A stretch of 64,000 bases of DNA. It comes from an uncultured bacterium. GTDB lineage: Bacteria; SAR324; NAC60-12. The stretch covers positions 64,001 through 128,000 of the forward strand of contig CBFIGY010000001.1 of NCBI GenBank assembly GCA_965662235.1. Direction: 5' to 3'. The notes under the pieces are model-generated. The model saw only the letters and a program-made list of their open reading frames with translations, did not search any database and was not told the DNA's origin. Below are positions 1-9,208 of this stretch, piece by piece; position 1 is the first letter of the stretch; every line of letters begins with the position of its first letter. The position numbers and the translations under genes are program-made.

Positions 1-565
1 TGCCCTGGGCTTCAATGGCTCGTTGGACCAGACCGACCGTCTGGTTGCAGAGGCCTCAGGCAGGCACCAGGAGCGCCACATCCGCCTGCTGCCGCTTGAT
101 CTCCCGGGCGGCTTCAAGGGCGGTTTTCTGAATGAGGGTCGTCAGGTGAGGCCCCTCAATGTGCCCCATGAAGCTGAAGAACTCCGGAGTGGTGTCCTTG
201 AGCTCGCCGGCTTCCACCAGGTCCTGCAGCACGTCCATCGGCAAGACAAGATTGCGATCCTGATCGGCATCCGTATGATCGTAGTAGTCATGAGTGATCT
301 GCAGGGCCTCCGGAGGAGCCTGCGCCGGAATGCGTCGGAAACTGGGATCGCCCTCGGGGTCGGTCATGTCAAAGGGCTTATCCGTCCGGAGGTGCACACC
401 TCCTGTGGTGACAAGCGCCAAGCGGCACTCCGGAAGCGGCCGACGCAAGGGGGTCCATGGGATTTCCTCTGCGGTCACCGCCTGATAGCTCCGGGCCCAC
501 CACTGCCGGACGCCCGGCAACTGAAAGAGCCGCCGCCCCAATCGATTTTTCCAGGAATCTGTCAT
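1..565 (-). CDS. PrdB/GrdB-like (proline/glycine reductase selenoprotein B family) protein, probable selenoprotein; runs off the window start
   Basis: Family-like motifs ALVTTGGVH, GDPSFR, HDYYDH..D.N...P, SFMG. The ORF-track stop at 56-58 is TGA and the frame continues VPA-U-GLCNQTVGLVQRAIEAQG (UxxC). Confidence 0.8.
27..45 (-). promoter_or_regulatory. Candidate bacterial SECIS hairpin
   Basis: mRNA ACCAGAC-GGUCG-GUCUGGU, a 7-bp stem; the loop starts with G, 17 nt after the UGA. Confidence 0.65.
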
Positions 566-1262
566 GTCGTTTGCTGAAAACCTTGCTCACATTCAAGAAC
601 GCCTGCACCAGGCGGCCACCCAAGCGGGACGGGATCCTCAAAGCGTCCGCCTGATTGCGGTCTCCAAGACCAAACCCGTTTCTCAACTGCAAGAGGCCAT
701 TGAAGCCGGACAGCTGGTGTTTGGGGAAAACCGCGTGCAGGAGGCGCTGGAGAAACAAGACGCCCTGAATCGCTCCGACCTGGAGTGGCACCTGATTGGG
801 CACCTGCAGAAGAACAAGGCCAAGTTCTGTCCCGGAAACTTTGCCTGGGTCCACTCCGTTGACTCCCTAGAACTCGCCCAGAGGCTGGAGAAGCACTGTG
901 CGGCGGCTGATGCATCGCTGAAGATCCTGCTTCAGCTCAACACGTCCGCAGAGGAAAGCAAGTCGGGAATGAGCGGCTGGGACGAGGTCCGGTCTCTTGC
1001 CGAGCAGGTCTTTCAAAACTGCCCCCACCTGCAACTCAAGGGGCTGATGACCATTCCGGCCCCTGATGCTGGGGAAGGGCCAACGCGTCAGGCTTTTGCT
1101 CAGCTGAGAACCTGGAACGAACGCCTCCAGAGCGAGCTGGGCCTTCCGGAACTGAACGAGCTTTCCATGGGCATGACGTCCGACTTCGAGTGGGCCATCC
1201 TCGAAGGCGCCACCCTGGTCCGGATTGGGTCGGCGCTCTTTGGCGCCCGTGCTTACCCCTGA
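564..1262 (+). CDS. yggS: PLP homeostasis protein YggS/PLPBP
   Basis: LIAVSKT, FGENRVQE, WHLIGHLQKNK, LSMGMTSD, GATLVRIGSALFG. Confidence 0.95.
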   Translation: MSFAENLAHIQERLHQAATQAGRDPQSVRLIAVSKTKPVSQLQEAIEAGQLVFGENRVQEALEKQDALNRSDLEWHLIGHLQKNKAKFCPGNFAWVHSVDSLELAQRLEKHCAAADASLKILLQLNTSAEESKSGMSGWDEVRSLAEQVFQNCPHLQLKGLMTIPAPDAGEGPTRQAFAQLRTWNERLQSELGLPELNELSMGMTSDFEWAILEGATLVRIGSALFGARAYP

Positions 1263-2554
1263 GCGACCTTCCGGGACCGACGCAGCGCCTGCTTGAGGTC
1301 CTGAATCAGGTCCTCCGGATCCTCAAGTCCAACAGAGAGCCGGATCAGGTCTTCTCCAATGCCGGCCTGCTGCAGGGCTGCAGCATCCAGCTGAGCATGC
1401 GTGGTGCTGGCCGGATGAATGACCAGGGTCTTCGCGTCTCCGACGTTGGCAAGGTGGGAGCACAGCTGCACCGCGTTGATGAACGCGGCTCCGGCGGCTC
1501 GACCTCCCTTGACGCCAAACGCGATGATCGACCCGGCCCCTTTCGGCAACAGCTGCTTCGCCCGCTCATGATCCGGGTGCTGAGGCAGAGACGGATGGGT
1601 CACCCAGGCAATGTCGTCACTGCTCTCCAGAAATTCCAGCAGGGCCTCAGTGTTGCTGCGGTGCCGGTCCATGCGCAGCGGAAGCGTTTCCAGCCCCTGC
1701 AGCAGGTAGAATGCGTTCTGCGGACTCAGCGCCGGCCCGAAATCACGCATTCCCTCGGAGCGTGCCCGCATGGAAAACGCTTGGGGCCCGAATTCCTCAT
1801 AGAAGTTGATTCCGTGGTAACCGGCGTAGGGCTCCGTCAGGGTCGGGAACTTTCCTGAAGCCTCCCAGTCAAAGCGTCCTCCTTCCACCACCACGCCTCC
1901 AACAGCGACTCCGTGCCCCCCCATCCACTTGGTCACAGAGTGCATTACCAGGTCAGCACCATGCTTCAGCGGTTGGCAGAGGTACGGCGTGTTGAAGGTC
2001 CCATCAATCAGCAGGGGCACCTGCGCCGCATGAGCCACCTGCGCCACCTGTTCTAGGTCCAGCACCTCCAGCCCCGGGTTTCCGATGATCTCGGCAAACA
2101 CCAACCGTGTTTCAGGCCGAAGGGCCGCCTGAAAGGCCTGAGGGTTCCGTGGATCGACAAACGTGGTCTCAATTCCGAACCGGGGCAACGTGTGCCGCAG
2201 CAGGTTGACGCTTCCGCCATAAAGTGAAGCGGAGGCAACAATGTGCGAACCCGCGCCCATCAGGGTCAAGATGGTCAAAAACAGGGCGCTTTGTCCAGAC
2301 GCTGTTGCCACTGCGCCGGTGCCACCTTCTAGGGCTGCCAGACGCTCTTCCAGCACTGCGACCGTCGGGTTGGAGATGCGGCTATAAATGTGCCCACCTC
2401 GCTCTAGGTTGAAGAGGGCCGCAGCGTGATCGCTGTCTGGAAAGACGTAGGACGTCGTCTGGTAAATCGGCACCGCACGAGCACCGGTTGCAGCATCCGG
2501 ACGCTGCCCGCCGTGCAGGCTCAGGGTGTGGAATCCATGGAATTGAGGGGTCAT
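1253..2554 (-). CDS. metY: O-acetylhomoserine aminocarboxypropyltransferase/sulfhydrylase
   Basis: PIYQTTSY, YSRISNPT, HSVTKWMGGHG (PLP lysine), HLANVGDAKTLVIHPASTTH. Confidence 0.9.
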   Translation of the reverse strand: MTPQFHGFHTLSLHGGQRPDAATGARAVPIYQTTSYVFPDSDHAAALFNLERGGHIYSRISNPTVAVLEERLAALEGGTGAVATASGQSALFLTILTLMGAGSHIVASASLYGGSVNLLRHTLPRFGIETTFVDPRNPQAFQAALRPETRLVFAEIIGNPGLEVLDLEQVAQVAHAAQVPLLIDGTFNTPYLCQPLKHGADLVMHSVTKWMGGHGVAVGGVVVEGGRFDWEASGKFPTLTEPYAGYHGINFYEEFGPQAFSMRARSEGMRDFGPALSPQNAFYLLQGLETLPLRMDRHRSNTEALLEFLESSDDIAWVTHPSLPQHPDHERAKQLLPKGAGSIIAFGVKGGRAAGAAFINAVQLCSHLANVGDAKTLVIHPASTTHAQLDAAALQQAGIGEDLIRLSVGLEDPEDLIQDLKQALRRSRKVAQG

Positions 2555-2708
2555 GAGGACTCGTCAGGCGCAAGGGTGGAAAAGCAAAAGCTCACCTTAG
2601 GGAACTCTGACGGAAGCTTCAAGCAGCACCGAAGCAGGAAACCGCTTAATCCGTTTGTGACTCTGAGGGGAGTTCGTTACGATTGCACCCTTAACTGATG
2701 GAGCGCAC

Positions 2709-3014
2709 ATGGGAATGGATCCTTTTTTCTGGGAAATGCTGCAGTACCTAGGAGCCGCAGTGGGACTGGCGGCCTTTTGCTGGCTGGCCAAGGATTGGCT
2801 GTTGCGGGGTCAAGAAGAGCCCCCGTTTCCGGCGTCTTTCCCGCAGCCACAGCAAGAAACCGCCCTGGAGCTGGAGATCCCGGTGAACGATGCCTCCTCT
2901 CCGGCGCGCACGCAGCTCAAGGTCGCTCGTGCCGCTCCTCAGGTCACGCTCAAGGTGATCCAGGGGTGGCTCCGGGAGCCTCGTACGGATGTCATGGACC
3001 CGCCTCATGCCTGA
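2709..3014 (+). CDS. Small membrane-anchored hypothetical protein
   Basis: N-terminal hydrophobic helix; fills the gap before mutM and overlaps its start. Confidence 0.6.
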   Translation: MGMDPFFWEMLQYLGAAVGLAAFCWLAKDWLLRGQEEPPFPASFPQPQQETALELEIPVNDASSPARTQLKVARAAPQVTLKVIQGWLREPRTDVMDPPHA

Positions 3015-3825
3015 ATTGCCTGAAGTTGAAACCGTCGCCCGTGGCCTCCGTGAGCAGGTCGTCGGCAGCACCATCCGCGCCGTACAGATCTGGCACCCTA
3101 CCCTGACGGTAAAGCAGGACCGGGACCGCTTCACGGAGCACCTCACTGGCGCTCAGATCACCCAAGTCAGCCGCCGAGCCAAGTTTTTGCTGTTCCACCT
3201 GCAGCCGCAGGGAGTGCTGATGGGACACCTGCGGATGACAGGAAAGTTCATTGTGTCCGCTCCCCTCGAAGCGCCCGGAAAGCATCACCGCGCCTGGTTC
3301 ACCTTAGACGAGGGGCGCCTGCTCGTGTTCGAGGACATGCGCTGCTTCGGCACCCTTGAGTGGTTTCCGGAGGAAGCCTCCATTCCTCAGCTTCAGGAGC
3401 TGGGTCCGGAGCCGCTCTCCGACGCTTTTCAGGCGCCGTTGCTCCAGCAGGCGCTTGCCAAGACGAGCCGCGCCATCAAGCCCACGCTGCTGGACCAGAA
3501 GATCGTCGCCGGCATTGGGAACATCTATGCCTCCGAAATCCTCTTCCGTGCCCGGATTCATCCGGAACGGGAAGCCCGAACCCTCCGGAAGGCCGACTGC
3601 ACACGCTTGGTGACTGAGACCAAGGAGGTCCTCACAGAAGCCCTCGCCCACAACGGAACCTCCATCTCTGACTTCCGGCGGGTGGATGACAAGACCGGCG
3701 AGTTTCAGGCCTTCCTTCGGGTGTATCAGCGTGAAACCCACCCCTGTCGGGTGTGTGGCACCCCGATCCAGCGCATCGTTCAGCAGCAGCGCAGCACCTT
3801 TTTTTGTCCGACCTGTCAAAAATGA
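3007..3825 (+). CDS. mutM: Formamidopyrimidine-DNA glycosylase
   Basis: MPELPEVE start, HLRMTG, GIGNIYASE, C-terminal CxxC..CxxCQ zinc finger. Confidence 0.97.
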   Translation: MPELPEVETVARGLREQVVGSTIRAVQIWHPTLTVKQDRDRFTEHLTGAQITQVSRRAKFLLFHLQPQGVLMGHLRMTGKFIVSAPLEAPGKHHRAWFTLDEGRLLVFEDMRCFGTLEWFPEEASIPQLQELGPEPLSDAFQAPLLQQALAKTSRAIKPTLLDQKIVAGIGNIYASEILFRARIHPEREARTLRKADCTRLVTETKEVLTEALAHNGTSISDFRRVDDKTGEFQAFLRVYQRETHPCRVCGTPIQRIVQQQRSTFFCPTCQK

Positions 3826-4706
3826 TGAGACCTTTTGCCCCATTTGCCTCGGCCTTCCAACGCCTGTACCTGGTCCTGACCCTGGGCATGCTGCTGTTCA
3901 GCGCCCCCTGTTCAGCACAGTCGCTGCTGCTTCTGGGAGGTGGAAGCAACTCGGGAAGCCATGCGTTTGCCCGGACCTTCACGGAGGTTTGGGAGCGTCC
4001 CGGATTTTCCGATCAGTCGCTGAGCTGGGGCACAGAGCCTGATCCACGGCTTCGGCTGCAGCGGTTGACGCACCGGCAAGGAGACCTCGCTGTTGTGGAT
4101 GCTCGGACCGCGCATGAGGTGCTTCCGGACCACCCACTCCTGTGTGCAGTCAGTGTGCTGTGGCCCAACCAGATGGTTTTGCTCACCGTTCCTGCGCCTT
4201 CCGGAGGGATCCAGGAGCTGCTGCTTCCTCCTTCGGCCACTCCCTACCTGACGGCCTGGGCCGGACTCAGCTCAGGACTGCCCCGTGTGCAGGTGCTGCA
4301 GGAACAGCCGGAAGCCCTGCAACCGGGACAAACGCTGGTGTGGCTGGGGCTGCCTCAAACGTTGCGGACCTTGGTGTTTCAAGACGCGTCCATTCAGATT
4401 CAGGTTCTTTCAGCAAGCATCCAGCAGGCGCTGCAGCAGGGAAATCCTTGGCTTCGGTCCGGAACCCTGCCTGCCGGCGCGCTGCCCCGACAGAGCCGTG
4501 CGGTGCCGACTTTAGAGCAGCGTTCCGTGCTGGTTGCACGCTGCGATCTTTCAGACCGGCGGGTCACCGAGGTGCTGGACGGACTCTTCCGCATGGCCAC
4601 CTGGCCGCACCCTCCGGAACGCTTTGCTGGCATCACCGCGGCCGCCAACCGTGACTACCTGACCACCTACCCCTACCACGCGGCCGCCCAAGCGCGGTTC
4701 CGTTAA
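3822..4706 (+). CDS. Divergent TAXI-family TRAP solute-binding-like protein
   Basis: Signal peptide; ATGA overlap with mutM; GDLAVV, VPTL...VLVAR.DL and C-terminal PYHAAA resemble TAXI proteins. Confidence 0.55.
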   Translation: MMRPFAPFASAFQRLYLVLTLGMLLFSAPCSAQSLLLLGGGSNSGSHAFARTFTEVWERPGFSDQSLSWGTEPDPRLRLQRLTHRQGDLAVVDARTAHEVLPDHPLLCAVSVLWPNQMVLLTVPAPSGGIQELLLPPSATPYLTAWAGLSSGLPRVQVLQEQPEALQPGQTLVWLGLPQTLRTLVFQDASIQIQVLSASIQQALQQGNPWLRSGTLPAGALPRQSRAVPTLEQRSVLVARCDLSDRRVTEVLDGLFRMATWPHPPERFAGITAAANRDYLTTYPYHAAAQARFR

Positions 4707-4739
4707 CCCCTTCTCGGTGGCTGCTTTCATGAGGAAGCT

Positions 4740-5684
4740 TTGAGCAACTTTCACCACATTCCCGTTCTGCTGGAAGCGGTACTCCCCCAGGTTCCAGAGC
4801 ACGCGAAGGCCCTGCTGGACTGCACCCTCGGAGGCGCAGGACACAGCCTGGCGCTGCTGGAACGCTTCCCAGAAGCACAGCTCCGGGGCATTGACCGAGA
4901 CCCCTATGCCATTGCCGCAGCTACCGAACGCCTCCAGGCCCGCTTTCCAGAACGCGCCAAAACCCGGCAGGCCAAGTTTTCGGAGCTCCAGGCCTACCTA
5001 GCCCTTTGGCGACTGCAGTACGACTTTGTCCTCGCAGACGTCGGAGTTTCTTCAGAGCAGCTCAGCCGAGGCGCCCGGGGATTTTCCTTCATGGAAGACG
5101 GGCCTTTGGACATGCGCATGAATCCGGAAGAGGCCGTGCCCACGGCAGCTCAGCTGCTGGAGCGGACGTCGGAAGCCGAACTGCGCAAGTGGCTGAAGGT
5201 TTATGGCGAGGAGCGGTTCGCAGGCCCCATCGCCAAGGCCTTGGTGGAGCAACGTCACCAGCGTCCTCTGCAGACCACCAAAGAGCTGGCCGACCTGGTC
5301 CACCGGGTCATTCCGAAGCGTCTGCACAAGCCTCACTTCAATCCAGCGACCCTCACCTTTCAGGCCCTCCGGATTGCAGTCAACCGAGAGCTTCGGGAAC
5401 TCGAGCTGCTGCTGGAGCTGATCCCCAGCTTCATCAAGGAGCACGGACGGCTGGCGATCATCTCGTTTCACTCCTTGGAAGACCGGCTCGTCAAGCAGAC
5501 CTTCCGGAGCTGGGAGTCGCCCTGCACCTGTCCCCCGAAGCTGCCTTACTGCGTCTGTGGCCTCAAGCCCCGGGGTCGCGTTCTCACCCGACGCCCCCTC
5601 ACGGCCTCTGACGCTGAAATGAAAGCCAACCCCCGGAGTCGGAGCGCCAAGCTTCGGGTCTTTGAGTTTCTGCCAGACGCATGA
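4740..5684 (+). CDS. rsmH: 16S rRNA m4C1402 methyltransferase
   Basis: HIPVLL, DCTLGGAGHS, GVSSEQL..RGFSF..GPLDMRM, ISFHSLEDR, NPRSRSAKLR. Confidence 0.97.
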   Translation: MSNFHHIPVLLEAVLPQVPEHAKALLDCTLGGAGHSLALLERFPEAQLRGIDRDPYAIAAATERLQARFPERAKTRQAKFSELQAYLALWRLQYDFVLADVGVSSEQLSRGARGFSFMEDGPLDMRMNPEEAVPTAAQLLERTSEAELRKWLKVYGEERFAGPIAKALVEQRHQRPLQTTKELADLVHRVIPKRLHKPHFNPATLTFQALRIAVNRELRELELLLELIPSFIKEHGRLAIISFHSLEDRLVKQTFRSWESPCTCPPKLPYCVCGLKPRGRVLTRRPLTASDAEMKANPRSRSAKLRVFEFLPDA

Positions 5685-6127
5685 TTGAGATCAGCTACTC
5701 CGACTCAAAAGCAGGCAGCGTGGAAGAAGCTCCCCTCCGTGACGCCCTCATGACCTTTTTGAGCACGCTCTTTGAAGGAGACCGGACCCTCTCGCTCTAC
5801 CTGACCGATGATGATGAAATGCGGGGGCTGAACCGGGAATACCGGGGCAAGGATGCCACGACCGATGTACTTTCGTGGTCGTACTTTGAGGAGGATCCGG
5901 AATCACTGCACGTCGGAGACCTTGCGGTCTCGCTGGATCAGGTGCAGCGTCAAGCAGAGCAGTATGGGTGGGACCTGCAGACGGAGCTGCTGCGGATGCT
6001 GGCACACGGATGCGTGCACCTCGCCGGATGGGATCACGAGCGCTCGGAGGAAGAAGCGCAGGCCATGCTGGCTCAGGAAGAAGCCCTGCTGAATGCCATT
6101 GGGCTTCCGGACCTCTACCGCGCCTGA
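5681..6127 (+). CDS. ybeY: rRNA maturation endoribonuclease YbeY
   Basis: LNREYRGKD.TTDVLS, HGCVHLAGWDH. Confidence 0.93.
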   Translation: MIEISYSDSKAGSVEEAPLRDALMTFLSTLFEGDRTLSLYLTDDDEMRGLNREYRGKDATTDVLSWSYFEEDPESLHVGDLAVSLDQVQRQAEQYGWDLQTELLRMLAHGCVHLAGWDHERSEEEAQAMLAQEEALLNAIGLPDLYRA

Positions 6128-6128
6128 G

Positions 6129-7619
6129 TCAGCAACGGATCTTCCGGACGGTGATGCCGTACTTTTCAATGCGGTACCGCAGCTGCCGGAGCGAGATGCC
6201 CAGCTGCTTGGCGGCTCGCTGCTGCACCCCCCGGCAATCCCGCAGCGCCCCCTCAATGGCACGGACTTCCTCTTCCTCAAGGCTCAGCGGCGGCGGGGGC
6301 TTGGACAGCTTCTCTTCATGACGCTCCAGCAGCTGAACAGAGTTCTGGTGGGTCGCCAGCATGGTCCGGATCGCCAGCCGGTTGTTTTCAGCCATCAGGA
6401 AGGCGGACTGCACCACGTTTTGCAGCTCCCGGATGTTCCCCGGCCAGTCGTGGTGCTCCAGCAGCCGCAGTTCTTCTTCCGGACACAGCACCTGCTGCTC
6501 GTACTCCTGGTTGAAGTCTGCTAGGAACTTCCGGACGAGCAGCGGGATGTCATCCTTGCGCCTGCGCAACGGGATCAGCTCCAACGGCACCACATTGATG
6601 CGGTAAAACAGATCCTCCCGGAAGGTTCCCTGGGCAATGGCCGCTTCCAGAGGAGCATTGGTTGCGCAGACCACCCGGACGTCGACGGTGACGGTCTCTT
6701 CCCCACCAAGCCGCTCAAAGGTGCCTTCCTGCAGCACCCGGAGGAGCTTCGCCTGCAGCTCCAGAGACGTGTTGCCCACCTCGTCCAAAAAGAGGGTTCC
6801 GCCATCAGCCAGCTCAAACCAGCCACGACGCCGTCCGGTCGCACCGGTGAAGGCGCCTTTTTCGTGTCCAAACAGCTCGCTCTCCAGCAGCGTGCTGCTG
6901 AGGGCGCCACAGTTGACCACCTTGAAGGGCGCGTTGCGTCGAAGGCTATGGTGATGAATGGCGCTGGCAAACAGCTCCTTACCGGTTCCGCTCTCTCCGC
7001 GGATCAGCACGGTTGCTCGACTGGGAGCAATGCGACGCACCATCTCTGCCAAACGGATCATCTGGCTGTTTCCAGAGACCACTCCTTCGAGCACCTCCGG
7101 AACATCCGGAGCTTCCACTTCACGGATCACCCGTCCCCGGAGGCCGTACGCCTTCAAAGAAAGCGTCATCATGCCAGCCAGCAGCCGCAGCGCCTGCACC
7201 GTGGACGATGGTGAATGCGGCTCCAGCCACCCGCACAGCATGCCCTGCGGAAGCTCGTTTCCACCTCGTAGCGGGAAGGAGTAGAACATCTTCCCCGGTC
7301 GCATCAGTGGCGCCTCAAAGGGAAGGATGGCGGTGTTGATTTCGTGCGGGGCCAGCAGGAGCTCGTGGTGCAGCGACTCCAGAAAATCCTTCCGCTGCTT
7401 CTTCCAGAGTCGATTCTGTGCCGCCTTCTCCTCTTCGGAAAGAAAAGGGGCCAGCTCAATGAAGTAACGCTGGGTCACGGAGTCGCTGAGCAGCAGCAAT
7501 GGATTTTCCACCAGCCCAGCATCCTGGATCAAACACAGTAGGGTGTTGAGGCCTCGGGTCAGGTTTTGAGAGTGAATGAGGAGCCGGGAGGCCTGTTCCA
7601 GTAGTTCGAGAGCACGCAT
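6129..7619 (-). CDS. Sigma-54-dependent enhancer-binding activator (N-terminal GAF-like domain, AAA+, Fis HTH)
   Basis: GESGTGKE, ESELFGHEKGAFTGA, LFLDEVG, HDWPGNIRELQN, C-terminal HTH. Confidence 0.93.
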   Translation of the reverse strand: MRALELLEQASRLLIHSQNLTRGLNTLLCLIQDAGLVENPLLLLSDSVTQRYFIELAPFLSEEEKAAQNRLWKKQRKDFLESLHHELLLAPHEINTAILPFEAPLMRPGKMFYSFPLRGGNELPQGMLCGWLEPHSPSSTVQALRLLAGMMTLSLKAYGLRGRVIREVEAPDVPEVLEGVVSGNSQMIRLAEMVRRIAPSRATVLIRGESGTGKELFASAIHHHSLRRNAPFKVVNCGALSSTLLESELFGHEKGAFTGATGRRRGWFELADGGTLFLDEVGNTSLELQAKLLRVLQEGTFERLGGEETVTVDVRVVCATNAPLEAAIAQGTFREDLFYRINVVPLELIPLRRRKDDIPLLVRKFLADFNQEYEQQVLCPEEELRLLEHHDWPGNIRELQNVVQSAFLMAENNRLAIRTMLATHQNSVQLLERHEEKLSKPPPPLSLEEEEVRAIEGALRDCRGVQQRAAKQLGISLRQLRYRIEKYGITVRKIRC

Positions 7620-7737
7620 GAGAGGAGCCGTGACAGGTTTCTACGGTTCGCTTCTTCAAGCGTCATGCCATCATTTTAATCAATAAAATGAGCAGTTTAC
7701 TCGATCAAGAGTCAGTCGAAGGTGTTCAGGAAAGCAG

Positions 7738-7764
7738 CACACTGCCTAAGAAACAGGCAGTGTG
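7738..7764 (-). terminator. Stem-loop downstream of pyk
   Basis: CACACTGCCT/AGGCAGTGTG 10-bp inverted repeat; weak U-tract. Confidence 0.4.
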
Positions 7765-7810
7765 GTTAATTTGGGAAGGCGAGCGCTCCCTCCGGAACGC
7801 CGGAGGTGCC

Positions 7811-9208
7811 TCAGGGGATGGTGCGGATCTGCATGGAGTTGACGTAGCCCTCGGGCGTGAGGCTGTCGGCAAAGATGATCACCTTGTCGCCCGGCACAAA
7901 GTGCTCGCTGAGCTTGAGCCGCATCAGCGCCGACTGGATGTTGTCCTCTGGATTCTCGGAAAACTCATCTAGGAGGAAGGGCAGCACCCCCCGATTGAAG
8001 ATCATGGTCCGGTAGGTCTTCTCGTTGTTGGTAAAGGCGTAGATGCCAATGTCCCGGGGACGCCAGTTGGAGACGTACATGGCGCCTCGACCGTAGCGTG
8101 TGAGCACCACAATGCCCTTCATGCGTAGGTTGGAGGCAATGTTCGCCACCGCTTCTGCTAGGTGCTGGCGGTTGCTGGTCTTGAACTGCTTGTCGGTGAA
8201 GCGAACTCCTGGAAACTGTTCCGTCCGACGGGCGACCCGGGCCAGCGTTTCCACGCAGCGGACCGGATGCTTTCCGGTGGAAGTCTCTCCCGACAGCATG
8301 ATCGCATCCGCCTGCTCATAGACGGCATTGGCGATGTCCGTCACCTCAGCGCGGGTGGGCACTGGGTTCTCAATCATCGACTCCAGCATCTGGGTTGCCA
8401 CAATCAGGCGTTTGCCGTAGGTGGCACACAGGTACGCAATCCGTCGCTGAATCTGCGGCAGCTCCTCCATGTCGATCTCAATCCCCAGGTCTCCCCGGGC
8501 CACCATGATGCCGTCGGCTTCCTGAACAATGCTCTCTAGGTTGTCCACGCCTTCTTGGTTTTCAATCTTGGCAATGATGCGGATGTGCTTCCCGGACTCC
8601 CCAAGGAGCGCTCGGACTTCCTGAATCGCTTCCTTGTTGCGCACGAACGACAGGGCGATTGCGTCCACGTCCTGCTCCAGCCCAAAAAGGAGGTCCTTCT
8701 TGTCGGTCTCGGTGATGGAAGGCAGCTTGACGGAAACGCCAGGCAGGTTGATGTGTCGGCGGGCCTTCAGGTAACCCGGATCCAGCACCTCACAGTCCAG
8801 GTGGCTGTCGCCCTTGGCCACGACCCGCAGCTTCACCAGACCGCTGTCGACCGCAATGGTGCCGCCGACCTCCACCTGTTCCACCAGAAATGGATAGTTG
8901 ACAAACAGCTCTCCGTCACGCTCCTCATGCGGAGGCATGGTGACCCGGACAGTGTCGCCGCAGTGCAGGTCCACTTCCTTGGAGCCGGTGCGGATTTCCG
9001 GGCCCTGGGTGTCGAGCAGAATCGCGATGGGGTAGTTGAGGGTCTTGTTCAGTTCCTTGATGCGCCCAATGATGGCGCCGTGAGATTCGTGGGTACCGTG
9101 AGAAAAGTTTAAACGTGCAACGCTCATCCCAGCTTGGGCCAGACGCTCAAGCATTTCATAGGAGTGACTAGCGGGCCCAATGGTGCAGATGATTTTGGTG
9201 TTTAGCAT
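7811..9208 (-). CDS. pyk: Pyruvate kinase
   Basis: TKIICTIGPAS, ARLNFSHG, LDTQGPEIRTG, IMVARGDLG, ATQMLESM. Confidence 0.97.
   Translation of the reverse strand: MLNTKIICTIGPASHSYEMLERLAQAGMSVARLNFSHGTHESHGAIIGRIKELNKTLNYPIAILLDTQGPEIRTGSKEVDLHCGDTVRVTMPPHEERDGELFVNYPFLVEQVEVGGTIAVDSGLVKLRVVAKGDSHLDCEVLDPGYLKARRHINLPGVSVKLPSITETDKKDLLFGLEQDVDAIALSFVRNKEAIQEVRALLGESGKHIRIIAKIENQEGVDNLESIVQEADGIMVARGDLGIEIDMEELPQIQRRIAYLCATYGKRLIVATQMLESMIENPVPTRAEVTDIANAVYEQADAIMLSGETSTGKHPVRCVETLARVARRTEQFPGVRFTDKQFKTSNRQHLAEAVANIASNLRMKGIVVLTRYGRGAMYVSNWRPRDIGIYAFTNNEKTYRTMIFNRGVLPFLLDEFSENPEDNIQSALMRLKLSEHFVPGDKVIIFADSLTPEGYVNSMQIRTIP

Noticed and set aside
2610..2680. tRNA-Sec, glycine riboswitch or SRP RNA reading of the metY upstream region
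   Set aside because: Only fragments match (TTCAA, CACCGAAG); no T-loop or full consensus.
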